Source: Minisyncoccia bacterium
GTDB lineage: Bacteria; Patescibacteriota; Minisyncoccia; UBA6257; GWB1-50-10
DNA length: 64,000 nucleotides
Direction: 5' to 3'
Assembly (NCBI GenBank): GCA_049997815.1
Contig: JBEKVQ010000001.1
Coordinates: 20,642 to 84,641, forward strand
In this document: positions 63,947-64,000 of the stretch, in pieces
Layout of the letters: each line of letters opens with the position of its first letter
Position numbering within the stretch: position 1 is the stretch's first letter
Notes under the pieces: generated by a model
Database searches by the model: none
Told to the model about the DNA's origin: nothing
The model's input: only the letters and a program-made list of their open reading frames with translations
Made by a program: the position numbers and the translations under genes

Positions 63947-64000
63947 ATGAAGAAATATTTACCAATCATCGTAACGGCAGTAATTGTCGGAGTAGTTTGC
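63947..64000 (+). CDS. start of an ORF with a signal-peptide-like N-terminus (3'-partial)
   Basis: ATG at 63947 encodes MKKYLPIIVTAVIVGVV and runs off the window. Confidence 0.2.
   Translation, partial: MKKYLPIIVTAVIVGVVC

Overview
The window reads as a Patescibacteria/CPR-like chromosomal segment (an inference from gene content and compact gene organisation). Its backbone carries conserved housekeeping genes: glyA, folD, recA, a RodZ-like gene, ftsK, nusA, murD, hsp20, valS, tsaD, recO, glyQS, an M16 peptidase, metG, tatD, leuS and htrA. A cluster of five tRNA genes lies at 58.1-58.6 kb, and an ECF sigma module plus a MacAB-like efflux operon sit at the 3' end.

The main feature is an ~18.3 kb accessory island (39777..58106). 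It is bounded by a 19-bp direct repeat whose right-hand copy is the 3' end of tRNA-Ser(CGA). The island carries:
- an ImmR/ImmA-type regulatory pair;
- a ParB-nuclease/DNA-methyltransferase fusion plus a second, paralogous methyltransferase;
- three genes of unknown function, including one of 615 aa;
- a complete diversity-generating retroelement (DGR). It has a reverse transcriptase with the IGNLTSQ motif, an Avd four-helix-bundle gene, a 125-bp template repeat rich in AAC codons, and a variable repeat at the C-terminus of a 304-aa target gene. The two repeats differ at 28 positions, all at template-repeat adenines;
- a large serine recombinase;
- a Type I restriction-modification operon (hsdM-hsdS-hsdR) with an uncharacterised PD-(D/E)xK-like gene inserted between hsdS and hsdR, and a DUF45/M48 metallohydrolase gene after hsdR.

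Other notable items:
- leuS (1131 aa) carries two inserted hydrolase domains, an alpha/beta serine hydrolase and a Nudix domain;
- a tandem pair of structured leader motifs lies behind a consensus sigma-70 promoter upstream of an unknown ORF;
- several short repeat and inverted-repeat elements are listed individually below.

No CRISPR array or rRNA was seen.
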